Below are positions 47,070 to 60,860 of a stretch of 64,000 nt of DNA, in pieces. The translations under genes and the position numbers were made by a program. Numbering within the stretch: position 1 is the first letter of the stretch; each line of letters starts with the position of its first letter. The notes under the pieces are model-generated. The model was not told the origin of the DNA. It was given only the letters and a program-made list of their open reading frames with translations, and did no database searches. The stretch is from the NCBI RefSeq assembly GCF_964355755.1, contig NC_092678.1:25375365-25439364 (forward strand), written 5' to 3'. The DNA comes from Antedon mediterranea. Taxonomy: Eukaryota > Animalia > Echinodermata.

Positions 47070-50000
47070 ATGGCAAATATTAGACGTAGGAGTTTGGATG
47101 AATTTTCACCAGAAGAAAGCTCAGAATTAGAAGACGAAGATTACATAAAAACACCTTTCGGTTCAGAAAGGAATTTTAAGAAATCAGAATGGACTCGTAA
47201 TACTTCAACGCCCAATCATTTTGGAGCGAATGACTTGCGCGCTAGGCCACCTCATCATCAAAGTTTAGAAGCAAACAGACCAGTCGCAACCCCTTTTCTA
47301 TACAGTGCAGATGCCAGTCAAATGGTGGTTCTAGATCTTGATGATGATGACAGTATTTTTGATGAAATTACCGATGAAATTGATGAAGAAGATTCGTCTT
47401 TTGATGAACATTTATCATCTATAGTTAGAGAAAATAGATTTAGTAAAGTTCGTAAAGAGTCTTCAATTGTTGATGATTTGTTGTCTGAAATTTATGATCG
47501 GTGTCAGCCGTCAAAATATGCAGTTGATAGTGATGGATATACGGAATATTCAAGTACTTCAGAGGGTGCATACCATAGTAGTAGGGGTGATGGGTTTGGT
47601 AGCAGTACACCTCGGTTAAGCCGAGCTGCTCTTGCTAACAAAGGTAATTTTAAAAGCCTAACAAAATAATAAGATAATTATTATAAATTATATTTATCAT
47701 TTTTTTATTTGTCAAAGTATGAATTGAATAAATTTTCCGTTTTTAATTTTCTACGAACAATTCATGAATTAACGAATCATTCAAAAGGGGCCAACTTAAT
47801 CAATTTTATTATTTTAAGAATTATTGCTATTTAAATTAATTTATCTTGTTTGCTTCAAATTGTGTAAATAATTAATTATTTTAATTTTCAGATGTAGATG
47901 AGCTTCGTGAGATGCTACAGCAGTTGAAAAACAGAGTTGGGGTCATGTCAGGTCGATTAATAAAACAATTAAAACGAAGGGATAAAAACCTAGCTAAGTT
48001 AACAAAGAACCAGGATGTAATAACGGCTATCCTTCAAGCCGTGTCACAAAAACGAAGTAAGTTTTAAAAAAACGTTACCTGAGATCTAATTACGTTCCCG
48101 CGTGAAGCCCCCCTAAAAAAAATAACATAATAATAAAGATTATTTTGAATACTTTAATTTTAAGCATTAATTTCATTTTAACTTTGCAGGAGTTGACACA
48201 CGGATTCGCTTTAGTATCAGACCAAGATCTGGAAAGAGAGCATTCAGACAGGTATGTATAACAACAAACAAAGATAATTTTTTAATATTAGTCTAGTTAA
48301 AGCTCTATCTACACTATCAAACTAGTTTGTGCCCAAATATGGTAGTGATATCATCATGTCCATGGGCACATCACAATTTTTTGTCACATAAGTTTGATAG
48401 TGTAGACAGAACTTCATAACAATTCATAATAATATTCATTTAATATTAATAAACTGCCTTTGGTTAGTTCATTTGTTGGATGACTTAAACTATTTTAATA
48501 ATTCTTAAAAGTCATCATTTTAATCTATTAAAGTAGTTTTAATGTAACTTTAATTTGAGGTCAATACAGTAGATCGATGAATATTGGGTTTTATTTTATA
48601 TTGTTTATTTCGTAGTATTTCAGTCTAGAAACATCTTGTCGTTATGTAATATGTCCGTAATGCATGTTATTGTGTAGTTATAGTGATGTGAGTAGATTCA
48701 ATATATTATGTGATTTTAGTCATCATTGAATAATAAACACAACATAAGGATATTATTTTGATTACCATCTGCTGCTAGAATAAAAGTACTGAATGCCTTT
48801 GCAAATATTTTAATTGTAATTTTTTAAATCAGATAATCACGTTTTATGTAACTGTTAATATCTGTGTGTACTGTATGCATCCATTTGTTAATTGTGTAGA
48901 TTGTTCATTTTCCATATTAAGGAATATGTAAAGTATCATGTTTTTGGTAAAAACAAAGATCTAACATTAACATTCTACCAAATTAATTTGATCAAAGTTT
49001 ACCATTTCATCAACCAACCAGCAAAAACAGCCTAGAGAGCCTAAGTAGAAATCTACTTCAAGAGTATTCCCATATGTACAATTGTATTTAAGGAGAACAC
49101 CTTATTTGCATTAGATATTTGTAATTAGCTGCAATTTGTTATGTAATGATTAATCAGAGAATGTTTTTTAATAGTGCGAGGTAACTGATAAAAATGACTG
49201 ACTGTGTACTTACTAGAAGGTTCAAATCATGTCATATCATTTTCGGGAGCCAATCCAGCGTTATAGATTTAGGGGGAGGTTAAATATTTCATAAATGATA
49301 AAACGATCCGTCAGGTTGCAGAAAAAAATAAAAATAGTCATTATTTTAATTAAAAAGACATGGCTGTTAAATTTTAGGTTAAAACCCCCGCCTAAATCCA
49401 TGGCTGATTGTCATAATTGTTGTCATATTTTCTGTATACTATTTACTGTACCAGAAACCGTTAATACATAATATAGCTACTGTATGTACCTGTATACAGT
49501 CATAAAACAAATTGATTTTTAAGTAATAAAATCCTATCATAAATTGCGCACCAACAAATCAGTTCCCAACACTTTACTATGACTGGATTACAAATCAGAT
49601 TAAAAGAACCATGTGACCACACCAATCCAGTCGCAGTCAAGGACAGGGCTTTGTTTTACACATACGAGTAAATATTAATATACAGATAGTAACTTGTTTA
49701 CAATAACAGGTGACAAATTTGTATGTGTCTGTTCGTTAAGGCGTAAACAAAATGGCCGTATGTCAATAGTTATCCCTCAAATGAGAATGAGCATTAACGA
49801 AATTAAACATGTTTTGCTATGATTAAAGCAAACCGCAATATTGTAAATGTTATTTGATTATATTCTACAGTAGATATAGGAGAGCAGTGGACACCTACAA
49901 TTCTTGTTTCTTAAAGTCCTGAGTTTTGTTAGTCCATTCTACTGTTTATTTAATATTCATAATTTACAAACACCACAGTGGATAAGCATAGGCGTTTGTC

Positions 50001-53000
50001 ACCACTGTTTTTCAGCAGTGCAGTCACGGCAACTATGTTTAATACACTGCATTATCAATTTTAAGCGGTGGAAAAAAATGTTCTAATTTGTTTTTCAATC
50101 ATACACAGTGATGTAGGCCAATCTTTTAAGAACAATTTACAGTAATTTTTTATCTCATACGATCCTCCATTCAGGAGTTACAATTTTTTAATTAACATGT
50201 CATTAAAACCCCTGAAAACGCTAATTTCTGTTGCTTATCCTTCCCTGCACAGCCTTATTTTTCATCGATCGAAGATGTCTTCTGTTTCCTGAAAAAGGGC
50301 TATTAAAATGTAAATAGTATTAATGTATCTATACAATATTAAGATATAATACATGTATTATTTATATTAACATAATATCTTTGTAGTGGTACGATGCCCT
50401 GAGAGCTGTTTCACGTCTTCCCAACGGCATTCCTCACAACATCCGTAAGGAAGTATGGCTAAGCCTAGCAGATAGACACATCAGCCATCTCAAGATTGAT
50501 TGGAAAAAGACCGTAAGGTTCGCATTCAACGACCACAGTAACCCTGACGACGATACACTTGGCGTGCAGATTGTTAAGGTAACATTTTATTGAACACAGA
50601 AAGTGCTTTTTTCTTTGGTAAAGATCTATCTACACTATCAAAATTTTTGTGACAAAAAAAATGTGATGTCCCCATATATTTTATTTCTTACTGTACTATT
50701 GTCTGGGCAAACAACTATGTTTCAAACCTCAACAAAATTTTTATTCTCCAAAAAAAAGCTATTCGCCTCATCTCTGGTGCGTCACGCCTAGATCACACTA
50801 GTGAGCTTTTCTCTGACCTTAAATTATTAACTGTCCAAAACATCAATATCCTCCAACAATGCACCTTCGTCTATGAACATGTCAACTGTCTACTTCCAAC
50901 CAAACTTTCTTGCAACTTTATAAAAAATAATAGCATTCATACCCATAAAACTAGATCCTCCTGTAATCTCCACCCTCCCCTTACCAAATTAACATTAATG
51001 CAACATAATATCCGTTATAGTGGCACCAAATTATTTAATGATCTCCCCGACGAAATTAAATTGGCACCTTCAAAAAATACATTTTCTTTTAAACTTAAAC
51101 AAATTCTACTCCATAAATAACTAATAATAATAAAACAACATGTTTATTCTGGGTTTTCTGTGCTTCCATAGTATTTTATTATTATTAATTTGTCATTTAC
51201 ATGTTTGTCTTGTTTTGTTTCTGTTTGTTTAAACTCCAATATGATTACAATTTCTTAACTGGCTACCCGTCACAAGTTTTTTTGGAGGGAAACCTCCAAA
51301 TGTTATTACTTTCTGGGTGTTGCCTCTTAATTATTTATATTTAAATTGTTATTTTGTTTACTTTGAAATGATAAGAAATAAATGTTATTATGAATGAATG
51401 AATGAATGAATATGGACATGATGATGTCGAATCACCACCATATTATTACACTTGTTTTGTCAAACTAGTTTGATAGTGTAGACAAATCTTAAAGCTCTAT
51501 CTACACTATCAAACTTTATGTGACATGATGATGTCATATCACTACCATATTTGGTAATATCACTACCATATTATTACACTTGTTTTGTCAAACTAGTTTG
51601 ATAGTGTAGACAAAGCTTAAGATCCATGCTTTTGCTTAATAAATGTGAACTTGAATTGAATACTCACCCACTCACAGCAATGTACTATATTATTAAAGCA
51701 ATGAAAAATGAATGTGTTGCAGTGATATTTTAAAACTATATTAAATTTATATCCTAAAGCTCTGTCTACACTATCAAACTAGTTTGACAAAATGAATGAT
51801 GTGCCCAAATATGGTAGTGATATGCTCAAATATGGTAGTGATATGACATCATCATGTCCATATATGGCACATCATATTTTGTTGTTACAAATTACATACA
51901 GTAAAGTTATAGTAGATAATGCAGACAGAGACTGAGCTTTAAGATCTGTCTACGCTATCATTATCAAACTTTATGTGACAAAAAAAATTTCTGGTGTTTT
52001 TTGGGCAAATCACTACCATATTTGGGCACATCACACATTTTGTCAAACTAGTTTGATAGTGTAGACAGAGCTTTAGGATATAAATTTAATATAGTTGTTT
52101 TAAAATATCACTGCAACACATTAATTTTTCATTGCTTTAATAATATAGTACAAGTGTAGGCAGAGTTTAAGAGTTAAAAAGTGTCTTTTATGAAAACACA
52201 GTTAAACTCATTTTTAGTGAATATTAAGTAGAACAGAATACAATTATACTGCCGTATATAAACCATTGATATGAATGCCACAAGTACCAGACTTAAGTAG
52301 ATTGACTTAGAAATTCTCAAAAGTTCAATTATTATTTTTATTATATATTTTTTGCAGTTTATTGAATGTCTATATTGTTATATACAGCAGTGACGCTGAT
52401 TATTTTAGTTAATGTAAGGTACTTTGTTATGGTCCACTGGTACAACAATTATATATTTTACTGAAGAAATAACTTGACTTCTTTTATACTTTTTAAATTT
52501 AATTCTAAATAAGTATTGTTCTCTCAAGTCATAATATAGGATTATTGGAAGGTCACACTTTGACCTATGCATTGACATAAGTACTTTATTGTGTTTGCTG
52601 ACCAGACTATGTTGAATTAGAGAATAAGAATATCTCTGATTATTAGAGTTAACTTGTCTCAATAGTAAAGCCTACTGGACTATATTATTTATATTGGCAT
52701 TTTTACTAAAGCACTGCATATTGTTTTACTACAATAATGAAATACAGTATTTCTAAAATTTTCAACGACACTTGAAATTTTTCCATTATAATCATCAGAC
52801 AAATCATAGATCAGGTGACCACCACTGACAAATTTTTCCCAGACTCATTGTTGTATTTCTTTCATTATTATTATTGTTATCATTATATTAGATTATTATC
52901 TGCTATAATACACTGTATACTTATTAGGTGTACTTTTAATCTCAGAGCTAAGCTCTCACAAAGGATTAGAATGTTCTGTCAATACCTTACAATAGTTCCC

Positions 53001-56000
53001 ACAAACAGGATGTGTTAAGTAAATAATAAATGTGCTTTGATTGGTTTTGTTTGTATAATTTAAAGGTGAACTTTTAGCAACCTTTTGTTTTTTATTGAAT
53101 TGTTGTAAGATAGTAACTAACTTGTATAGTGAATGTATTCCCACAGAGCCTAGATTACCGTATATCCTCTGGTATAATCGATAGTTTAATACCACTTCTG
53201 GTCTAATCCCATCCCTACTTTAATCCCACCCCTACTTTATGTCTGATTTCACAAACAGGTATATCCCATTTATTGACTTTTGGTCTGGATTTAGCCTCTC
53301 TCTAGCCAGTTCAGATGAGTTTTTACAAGAAATGCTTACCAATCATTTTTTTTTTTAGTGAACCAGGGTTTCCTCTGGTATAGTCCCACTCTCAAAGTCT
53401 GCCCAATTTTGTGTTCTGGTGGGTGGGATTATACCAGATGATATACAGTATACGGTATATTGTAGTTTTATGAATTATCTTGTACCTTTATGTTTCAATG
53501 TCGTCTGACTTTGTATAGTTTTTAAGAGGGCCTCTTCAAGTCAGCTGTAGAGCTGTTAGAGCTACCCTTTTAAAATAAATAAATGTACTTGTCTTGCAGG
53601 ATCTTCATAGGACTGGCTGCAGTGGGTTCTGTGGGCAGGAAGCAGAGGAAGACAGAGTGGTGTTAAAGCGTGTATTGTTGGCCTATGCACGTTGGAACAA
53701 GTCTGTTGGATACTGCCAAGGCTTTAATGTTATTGCTGCTTTGATACTAGGGGTCGTTGACCGGGCTGAAGATGACGCACTGAAAGTAAGATGATCAACC
53801 AATATCAAATTTTTAGAATTTTGTATTTTTAGTTTTAAGTACTTTCTGATTTAAAATTTAAAGTTTTAATTTATCTATTCTCGAATCACAGACATACAGA
53901 TGGTGTTTGTGAACTCACATTGTTGTTTTCTTTTTTTAGGTTATGATTTTTCTGATAGACCATGTGTTACCAGATAGTTATTTCGCAAATAATTTGAGGG
54001 CGCTGTCTGTTGACATGGCTGTTTTCCGGGAACTGCTTCGTTTCAAACTGCCTGAGCTTTCTCGTCATTTGGACCAACTGCAGAAAGCTGATCATGACCC
54101 TGCAACTGGTAAGTATTACAATTCTAACAAACAAAAAAAGTACAGTAGAAGGGCACTCAGAGAGTGCAAATCTCCGCCTAGGCTTTTGAAAATTGAAAGA
54201 CATGTTCCCATACAGCTATGAAACCATCCTTTAAACTCTTATGAAAATTGGGCAATCACTTTTTGAGTAATCCTACAACAAATATAGAAAGAAACACACA
54301 CACAACGCAAAAAACATGGCCTCCTTGGCGTAGGTAACTAAACAAAACTAGACTGGAGTACAATGTAATCATAATTTAGACAAGCACACATTTATGTGGA
54401 TTGTGGATTGCAAAAGAAACATTTACAGCATAATAATTGCTTACCATTTACATTTGTAAGACTGTTCTTGTTAGATTTGTTAGAGTGTTCTTGTTTTTAA
54501 TTTCCAAGACTATGTCTTAGAATGTTAATGGTAGACTCATCACTTGTGTGCACTTAAGAATGAACTAATTGTAGTACTTGAATTTCTAAGAATCATCTAA
54601 GTTACTGGTATTTGTTACATTTAAGGGCAATTGACGCAGCATTACTTTATAAGCACATATCTGGTTTCAAGCTCTCAAAAAATATACAGATATTGTAGAT
54701 AAATGTTACATGAATTTATTATTGGTCTATTAATAGTACATAAGTGTATATATATATTTCACGATCGTGCAATAGTATGTTCTATTGTACACCATGTGAC
54801 CTACAATTGTTCAATCAACTGAAAGGAATTGATTTAGGTATGTTATAGATCAGAATAATATTCCTTTCATTTCTACACAGGTTGTTATGAGCCTCCTTTA
54901 ACTAATGTCTTCACAATGCAGTGGTTCCTGACGTTGTTTGCAACTTGTCTACCTCAGTCCCTTGTGCTAAGAATCTGGGACTGTATCTTCCTAGAAGGGT
55001 CCGAGGTGCTTTTGCGTGTTGCCCTTGCCATTTGGGCTAAATTAGGACCGTAAGTTTTTTTAAAAATCTTTCTATGTTTTTATTATACATTTTTTTATTT
55101 ATAATAATACATTTTATGAACATAAAGGAAACAACAGACCTAAACGTTCAACGAAAAAAAAGTTTGTAATTTAAAAAAAAACAGCTAACATTATTACATT
55201 ATTATACATGGTAATGTAGTGTATTATAGGTGTCTTTTTATTATTATCATGTCCATATATGGACACTATCATGTCCATATATGGGCACATCACATTTTTT
55301 TGTCACATAATCATAATCATAATCATAATCAGAAATCATAGCACTGATTTTTCAATTATTTTGTAGACAAATTGAAGAGAACAATACAGCAGACGAATTC
55401 TACACAACAATGGGGATGATGTCACAAAAGATGTTGCACGAACACTACATCGATGCCGATGATCTCATCCAAGTAAGAACTACACTTAGTGTTGCTTGAT
55501 ATGCAGACCAATCCCAGAATTCTCAGGATTTGTCTCGTACCAAAAACAGCGCCATCACCTAAGCCCCATACTAGTTTATTTCATATCTTAGAATTAGTGA
55601 GTTTAAGCTATTGAGTGTGTGCTGAATATAACTAGGTAGAACAAACACTGATATATACATACAAATTAATTTTGACATATTTTCTTTCTTTTTTTTAGAC
55701 AATATATTCAATAGCCCCATTTCCTTTTCCCCACCTAAGTGAGATACGAGAGAAGTACATGTTCAGCATTACGCCATTCTCACCTGTTGGTTCCCTAGCT
55801 AAGTCATCCGAAGATGAGAAGGATAAAGGCAAGCCTACGTCACACAGTGATGAAGAGGCAGACAAGGACGAGGAGGACATTAATATTACATGTTTTACTA
55901 GTATCTTTCCGGTACCCATTACACCTCCCAAGTATAGCATTGAGCAGGGTAAGTTAATATAACATAAACGAATATTTGATTGGAGGATTGTGGGTCACAT

Positions 56001-59000
56001 GATGTTCAATAGACATACTATTGAACACTAAGTGTATTTTGTTTGTCCTTGTATCAAAATCAACTATAAGACTAAACTTTATTTTTAAGTTTAAGTAAAC
56101 CAAGAACTTAGAAAAATTAATTCAAGTAAACGATAATGAAATGTTAAAACAATTTAAGTAAAGTATTGCACAAACTGATGATGACAAAGAATCGTTTAAT
56201 TTATAACATTTTTAAGGTGAAAATGTAAACCAGTCAGCTGACAGCAACGACATAACTCGTGCAAGTCCTGGGGCATTTGGCGCCAACAGTGAGTACCAGG
56301 CTAACCAGTTCTCAGTAGCCATGTTGGAAAGAATGACCGTTGACATACAAGCATTGAAAAGACAGTATGGACGTATACAAAGGAGACAACAACAAGCACA
56401 TGTTATCTATGGTCCTGGCTCTAGGCTTAACACACAGCAACGAGGTGAGGCCAACACTTAACCACTTACCTACTTTTTCATTATCATTATACATTTTTCA
56501 TTTTGATAATATTGTATTAGCTTTTTAAAGCTCTGTCTACACTATCAAACTAGTGTGGTGCCCAAATATGGTAGAAATATGTCCAGATATGGTAGTGATA
56601 TGTCCATATATGGGCACATCACATTTTTTTGTCACATAACGTTTGATAGTGTAGACAGAGCTTAAGAGTTTTACCAGATATGAGTCGGTGTTACTTCTTT
56701 GGTGTCGGTACACATTCCCACCACTTAATGATTGAAAACTTAACTTTTACCCTTTTCATTTTTTTGGGATAGGGTCAGATTAACTACCGTTTATAAGTCT
56801 AGCCACAAATTGACCTTATTTTAATGACTAAGTTTTTTCAAGGTCATTATTATATTATAATTTTTTTTTAATTGTGCATGTTTTATTTAGTCCTACCATT
56901 TATATTTTTGTGGGAAAACTTTTGTGGAAATCCAAACAGGAATTGAGATATTCAAATATATCTTTAGTAGAAATTATCTGTGAATTGTTTGATAGGGCGA
57001 CTATTTAGTTTATTTTCACATCAACTACCAAAAATATACTTTTATTTTGGTTTATTGATTTTACCAAACTGCATAGTCAAAAGTATCACTGTACTGTGTG
57101 TGTTGTAAACAAATTATAATTACCTCACGATCAAAATTATAATTTTTAATTATCATTATGTTATGTTTATTTAGCTTTTCTTTGTTATCAGTCAACAACA
57201 ACATTTTATCAACCATTGTGTGTTTATTATTGCATCACCTTTCTCATCACCTTTCTTATCACCTTTTATTGATCATTCCATCATTTTTGGGCTGGTTATG
57301 GTATCACAGTTTTCTTTTTTCTTCACTTTGCTTTCTTTTGGTGGTGCTTTTAATCATTTATGTAGCTGATGCGTCAGAAGAACGCCACGTTACTGTGGTT
57401 GACAAATCGGACGGTAGGTTACGTTTTAAAAGTAGGCTGGTTACTAAACTAGATCCACTAAAATGTATGTTTATTATGAATGGAAGAAACACAAAATTTA
57501 GTCTGAACGCTTTTAATTTTTTTTGTCTGAGTGACAACCAATTGTGATTTTTCCAGTTGAGTTCATTACAATACTCCCCCAATTAAGCTTATTGATTTGA
57601 TAGCTTTTAGTGGATCATCATGTTATATGGTATAACCAGTCAACTGTGCATGTTCTCACTTATATTATAGTTGAGTATAATATCTATATGATGGTGTAAT
57701 CAAATCTCTCATTTATTATAAGTTATATTTTACAAGGTTATATAACACATTTGTGGTCCCGAAGAACAGTGGACGTATCCACCAATCACACTTGGGCTAA
57801 GTGAATCACTAACTAATTCTCCTAAATATCTTACTTAAGTGTGATTAATGAATACAGCCACAGGTATGGTAAATATAGTTCTGCTGTAGGGTTCCAAGAA
57901 ACTCAATAAGTCTCGTACTTAATGTCGAGTCTCGTACTTAATGTCGAGTCTCGTACTTAATGTCGAGTCTCGTACTTAATATTGAGTCTCGTACTTAATG
58001 TTGAGTATCGTACTTGGGAGCCGTTTTATAAAGGAATACAAAATCTTTGTAAATAACTATAAATATAAAAGAGAGGTTTGTAAGTGGTACTTAAGTGGTA
58101 CTTAGTAGTTGTGGTACTTAGTAGTTGTTTTAATTCACTTTTTTGCTGGTTTTGAATAATTTGTTTTTTAAATCATATTTGATTTTCCTAATTTGTTTTA
58201 ATGTGTTGTGTTATTTTATAGTTTAGTAATATTTGTTTACATGCTTCCCTCCAATTAAAGAATTTAAACTTAATTTGTCTTCTGAATAAACTGGAGTGTT
58301 TCATTGAAGGCATATAGTTACAGGTAGAAATTAGTGTTATATTAAAGATGTATTTTTCCCCAAAACATGAAGATTGAAAAATAAAGATTAATAAAATCAG
58401 ACTTTTAATGGCCATTTTGCAGTTTTAATAATGTTATTTACTTATGTCAAAAAAAACCAACAAAATAATTATTTCACTTATAAAAATACAAAGAAACAGT
58501 TAATGTTAACCAAAAACCATTGTCTGACAGACAATGTTAGGGTGACACTATATCTCTAAAGATATATATAATTGAAACTAGTACTAAAATACAAATTCTT
58601 TATAATGATTAATTACAGTAGTTTAGTTTAGTTATTTGTATACTGTACAGTATGTGGACTATACAGTACATACTTGTTATATGTTTTAGCATAATGTATA
58701 CTGAATATATTGTTTTGTTCATTATTTTGTCATGTGTGTAAATTAGTTATTTGACAATCAAAGCTGTTGGGGACTTAAATAGTATACAGTGCTTATTATA
58801 CTGTAACCATGGAGTTTGAATTAGATAGATAAATAACAACTCCTTGGTTACAGTATAATATAAAACAAATATAGCTTTTAACATCTCTGAAACAAAATGC
58901 TTATTCAAGTTTGATGGGATCTTATTATGGGATACCACCAATGCACAAATCTTTACCTTATTCCTGGTTGTCTACTTAGCCCTAAGCTCCACTTAAACTG

Positions 59001-60849
59001 TCATCTATATCAACTCTATACAGTATAAAGTGTATATCTAACTGTTAATAGCCCAGAGCCTAGAGTCCATTTTCTGGAGTGTAAAAACATTGCATTATAT
59101 GTTAACAGGTAGAAATGTTGGTTCTAAGAGAGGCCTGACGGCTAAGATTGAGACCCCAGCCGCCATGAATCACCTGTTTGTTGATAACCAAGGTAAGAAA
59201 TCTTCTCGGATAAGAACTTAAAACTGGAGGTCCAGTGTGCACATCTGGCTCGTGTGCACTTTAAAGAACCCAGTACATCTTTTGGAAGAGTAGGGTTACC
59301 CCTGTGTACTGGTCCATTCAACCCCTTGGTCAGCCATTTAGTGACAGCACTGGACACAAAGAGACCCTTATGGGAGTAGAAGTTGTGGTATGTGTCGTCC
59401 ACACCTGTGCGCAATTCAGCCCAGTAGGCTGCAAGTCACAGATTATTCCCATTTACATTTATTTTTAAATGAACGTTCATTTAATAATTATTATATAACA
59501 CGAACAAATTTACTTTTGCATATCCTTTTACACTTTTATTTTCTATAGGTCTGGGAGCTAAAAACATCAAAGTTACAGTTGGACCACATATATCTCCTGT
59601 TGTTGATATAGATGAAGTAATGAGTAGTCTCCATCATCCAGCAAGAAAGGTAAAAACATTCAAGGGTCTGGATAGAAGACTAGGCAGAGGCAGAAGTACT
59701 GGCAGTCTTTCACAGCAGTCCTCGGGTCAAGATTTCGGTAGCGGCAGTACACTGACCTCTTTGAATGATGACGATAGGTTGTCAATCACCACGTCAGGAT
59801 CGTCCTTAGATTGTAACACGTCCATGAACTCTGACCTGAGCACGGAGACGATGATGGCAGAAGCGGAGGAGATTATTGGAGAGGTTCTGAGGAGCAGCAC
59901 AGAAGAGGAGTCTGTTTGTGACCAGGTCACAGAGTGGTTGATTGATTTTGGGTTTGAAAGTGGTGAGAAAAATGAAGATGAAAACAGTGCTGATGGTGTA
60001 TCCGTGTCTGAAAAAACATCTAAAGAAAATGGAGATGAAAACGAAGAGATGAAAGAAAAGTATAAAAACAAGGAAGAAGAGAAAGTGAATGATAAAGAAA
60101 CAGAAAATAATTCCGTAAAAGATTCCAAGAAAATAGATAGTGGGAATAAATGTGAAGAAACAAATTCTAAACAGCAAAATACGATGTCTGCTATTGAGAA
60201 AGACACTTGCACTAGAAACCAGTTGGGTAATAGTTTGAATAATTGTAATGAGAAAACTAAGTTAGATACAAATCACAATATGAACAACTGTAACATAGGA
60301 TCAAAACATCGTAATCTGGAAACTGCCGGTAACCAGACAACTCCCAGTAACCAGACAACTCCCAGTAACCAGACAACTCACTGTAACCTGGCAACTGCTG
60401 GTAACCTGGCAACTGCCAGTAGTTTGTATGAAGCAAAAGTGACAAGTAAACCACCATTATCACGGACAAGTAGTCTTGATCGTCCTACTACACCTGTAAC
60501 GCCAGATGCGAGTACTTTTAATGTTTCTACAATGGGTTTCCAGCCTCAACTTGTTGACACACCTCAGGCGCATAAGTCGCATCGTATGCGTCCAAGATCC
60601 TCGTCAAACTGTAGCAGTCATAGTGGTGATAGTTTAGACGGCGATCCTTTTGTCCAAAAGTCTCCAGAATTTTATCCGTTTCCAACCAGAAAAACTAAAC
60701 ATGATGTCCAAAGGACTAAAAATGGCTTAAAAGTTGGGTTGTACCCTCCTGTTCACGACAAAAATGCACCAAAAAAATCTCAAGTAAATAAGTGTTTATC
60801 GCGAGAGTTGAATGCGCACTTGAGACACATTGTAGGATCAAAAAGTTAA
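47070..60849 (+). CDS. TBC1D30: TBC1 domain family member 30 (Rab-GAP)
   Basis: Exons 47070-47643 (alternative in-frame ATG at 46965), 47892-48056, 48190-48251, 50387-50578, 53600-53785, 53940-54108, 54881-55049, 55367-55472, 55699-55948, 56217-56444, 57366-57413 (tentative), 59549-60849. Motifs: SSIVDDLLSEIYD, TAILQAVSQKR, QWYDALRAVSRLPNGIP, QIVKDLHRTGCS (R finger), VGYCQGFN (Q finger), NLRALSVDMAVFR, YEPPLTNVFTMQWFLTLFATCLP, ERMTVDIQALKRQY, FYPFP. Confidence 0.93.
48301..48413. mobile_element. MITE family A
   Basis: Both TIRs present. Confidence 0.83.
50622..51489. mobile_element. MITE family A copy split by a LINE insertion
   Basis: Left part 50622-~50679 ends ...CCCCATATAT; right part resumes TATGGACATGATGATG at ~51410 and ends in the TIR at 51489. 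Confidence 0.8.
50680..51409 (+). mobile_element. 5'-truncated non-LTR retrotransposon (CR1/L2 group) 3' end
   Basis: Reads LQKKAIRLISGASRLDHTSELFSDLKLL..HTHKTRSS..IRYSGTKLFNDLPDEIK..FSFKLKQILL-stop, a typical post-RT C-terminus; then a 3' UTR, AATAAA and a (TGAA)n tail. Confidence 0.82.
51493..51617. mobile_element. MITE family A
   Basis: Both TIRs; TAA/TAA flanks; adjoins the previous copy. Confidence 0.85.
51758..52072. mobile_element. Two inverted MITE family A copies (51758-51938, 51942-52072)
   Basis: Separated by TTA; part of a larger inverted duplication. Confidence 0.82.
54144..54337. mobile_element. Short Helentron/HINE-like element
   Basis: 5' TAGAAGGGCACTCAGAGAGTGC hairpin, subterminal inverted pair CTCCGCCTAGG / CCTTGGCGTAG, (CA)n tract near the 3' end. 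Classification is from recalled structure only. Confidence 0.5.
56529..56662. mobile_element. MITE family A
   Basis: Perfect TIRs; TAA/TAA TSD. Confidence 0.9.
57909..58015. repeat. 19-bp minisatellite, ~6 copies
   Basis: Unit GAGTCTCGTACTTAATGTC. Confidence 0.88.
59130..59466 (+). mobile_element. Deu/Nin-domain SINE-like remnant
   Basis: CTCGGATAAGAACTTAAAACTGGAGGTCC...TTAAAGAACCCAGTAC...AAGAGTAGGGTTACCCCTGTGTACTGG resembles the DeuSINE central domain as recalled; ends in (CATTTA)-type repeats. Confidence 0.6.
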
Positions 60850-60860
60850 GTGTTGGCAAT

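Noticed and set aside
59727-60212. Minus-strand Ser/Phe-rich ORFs
   Set aside because: Antisense shadows of the Glu/Lys-rich TBC1D30 last exon.
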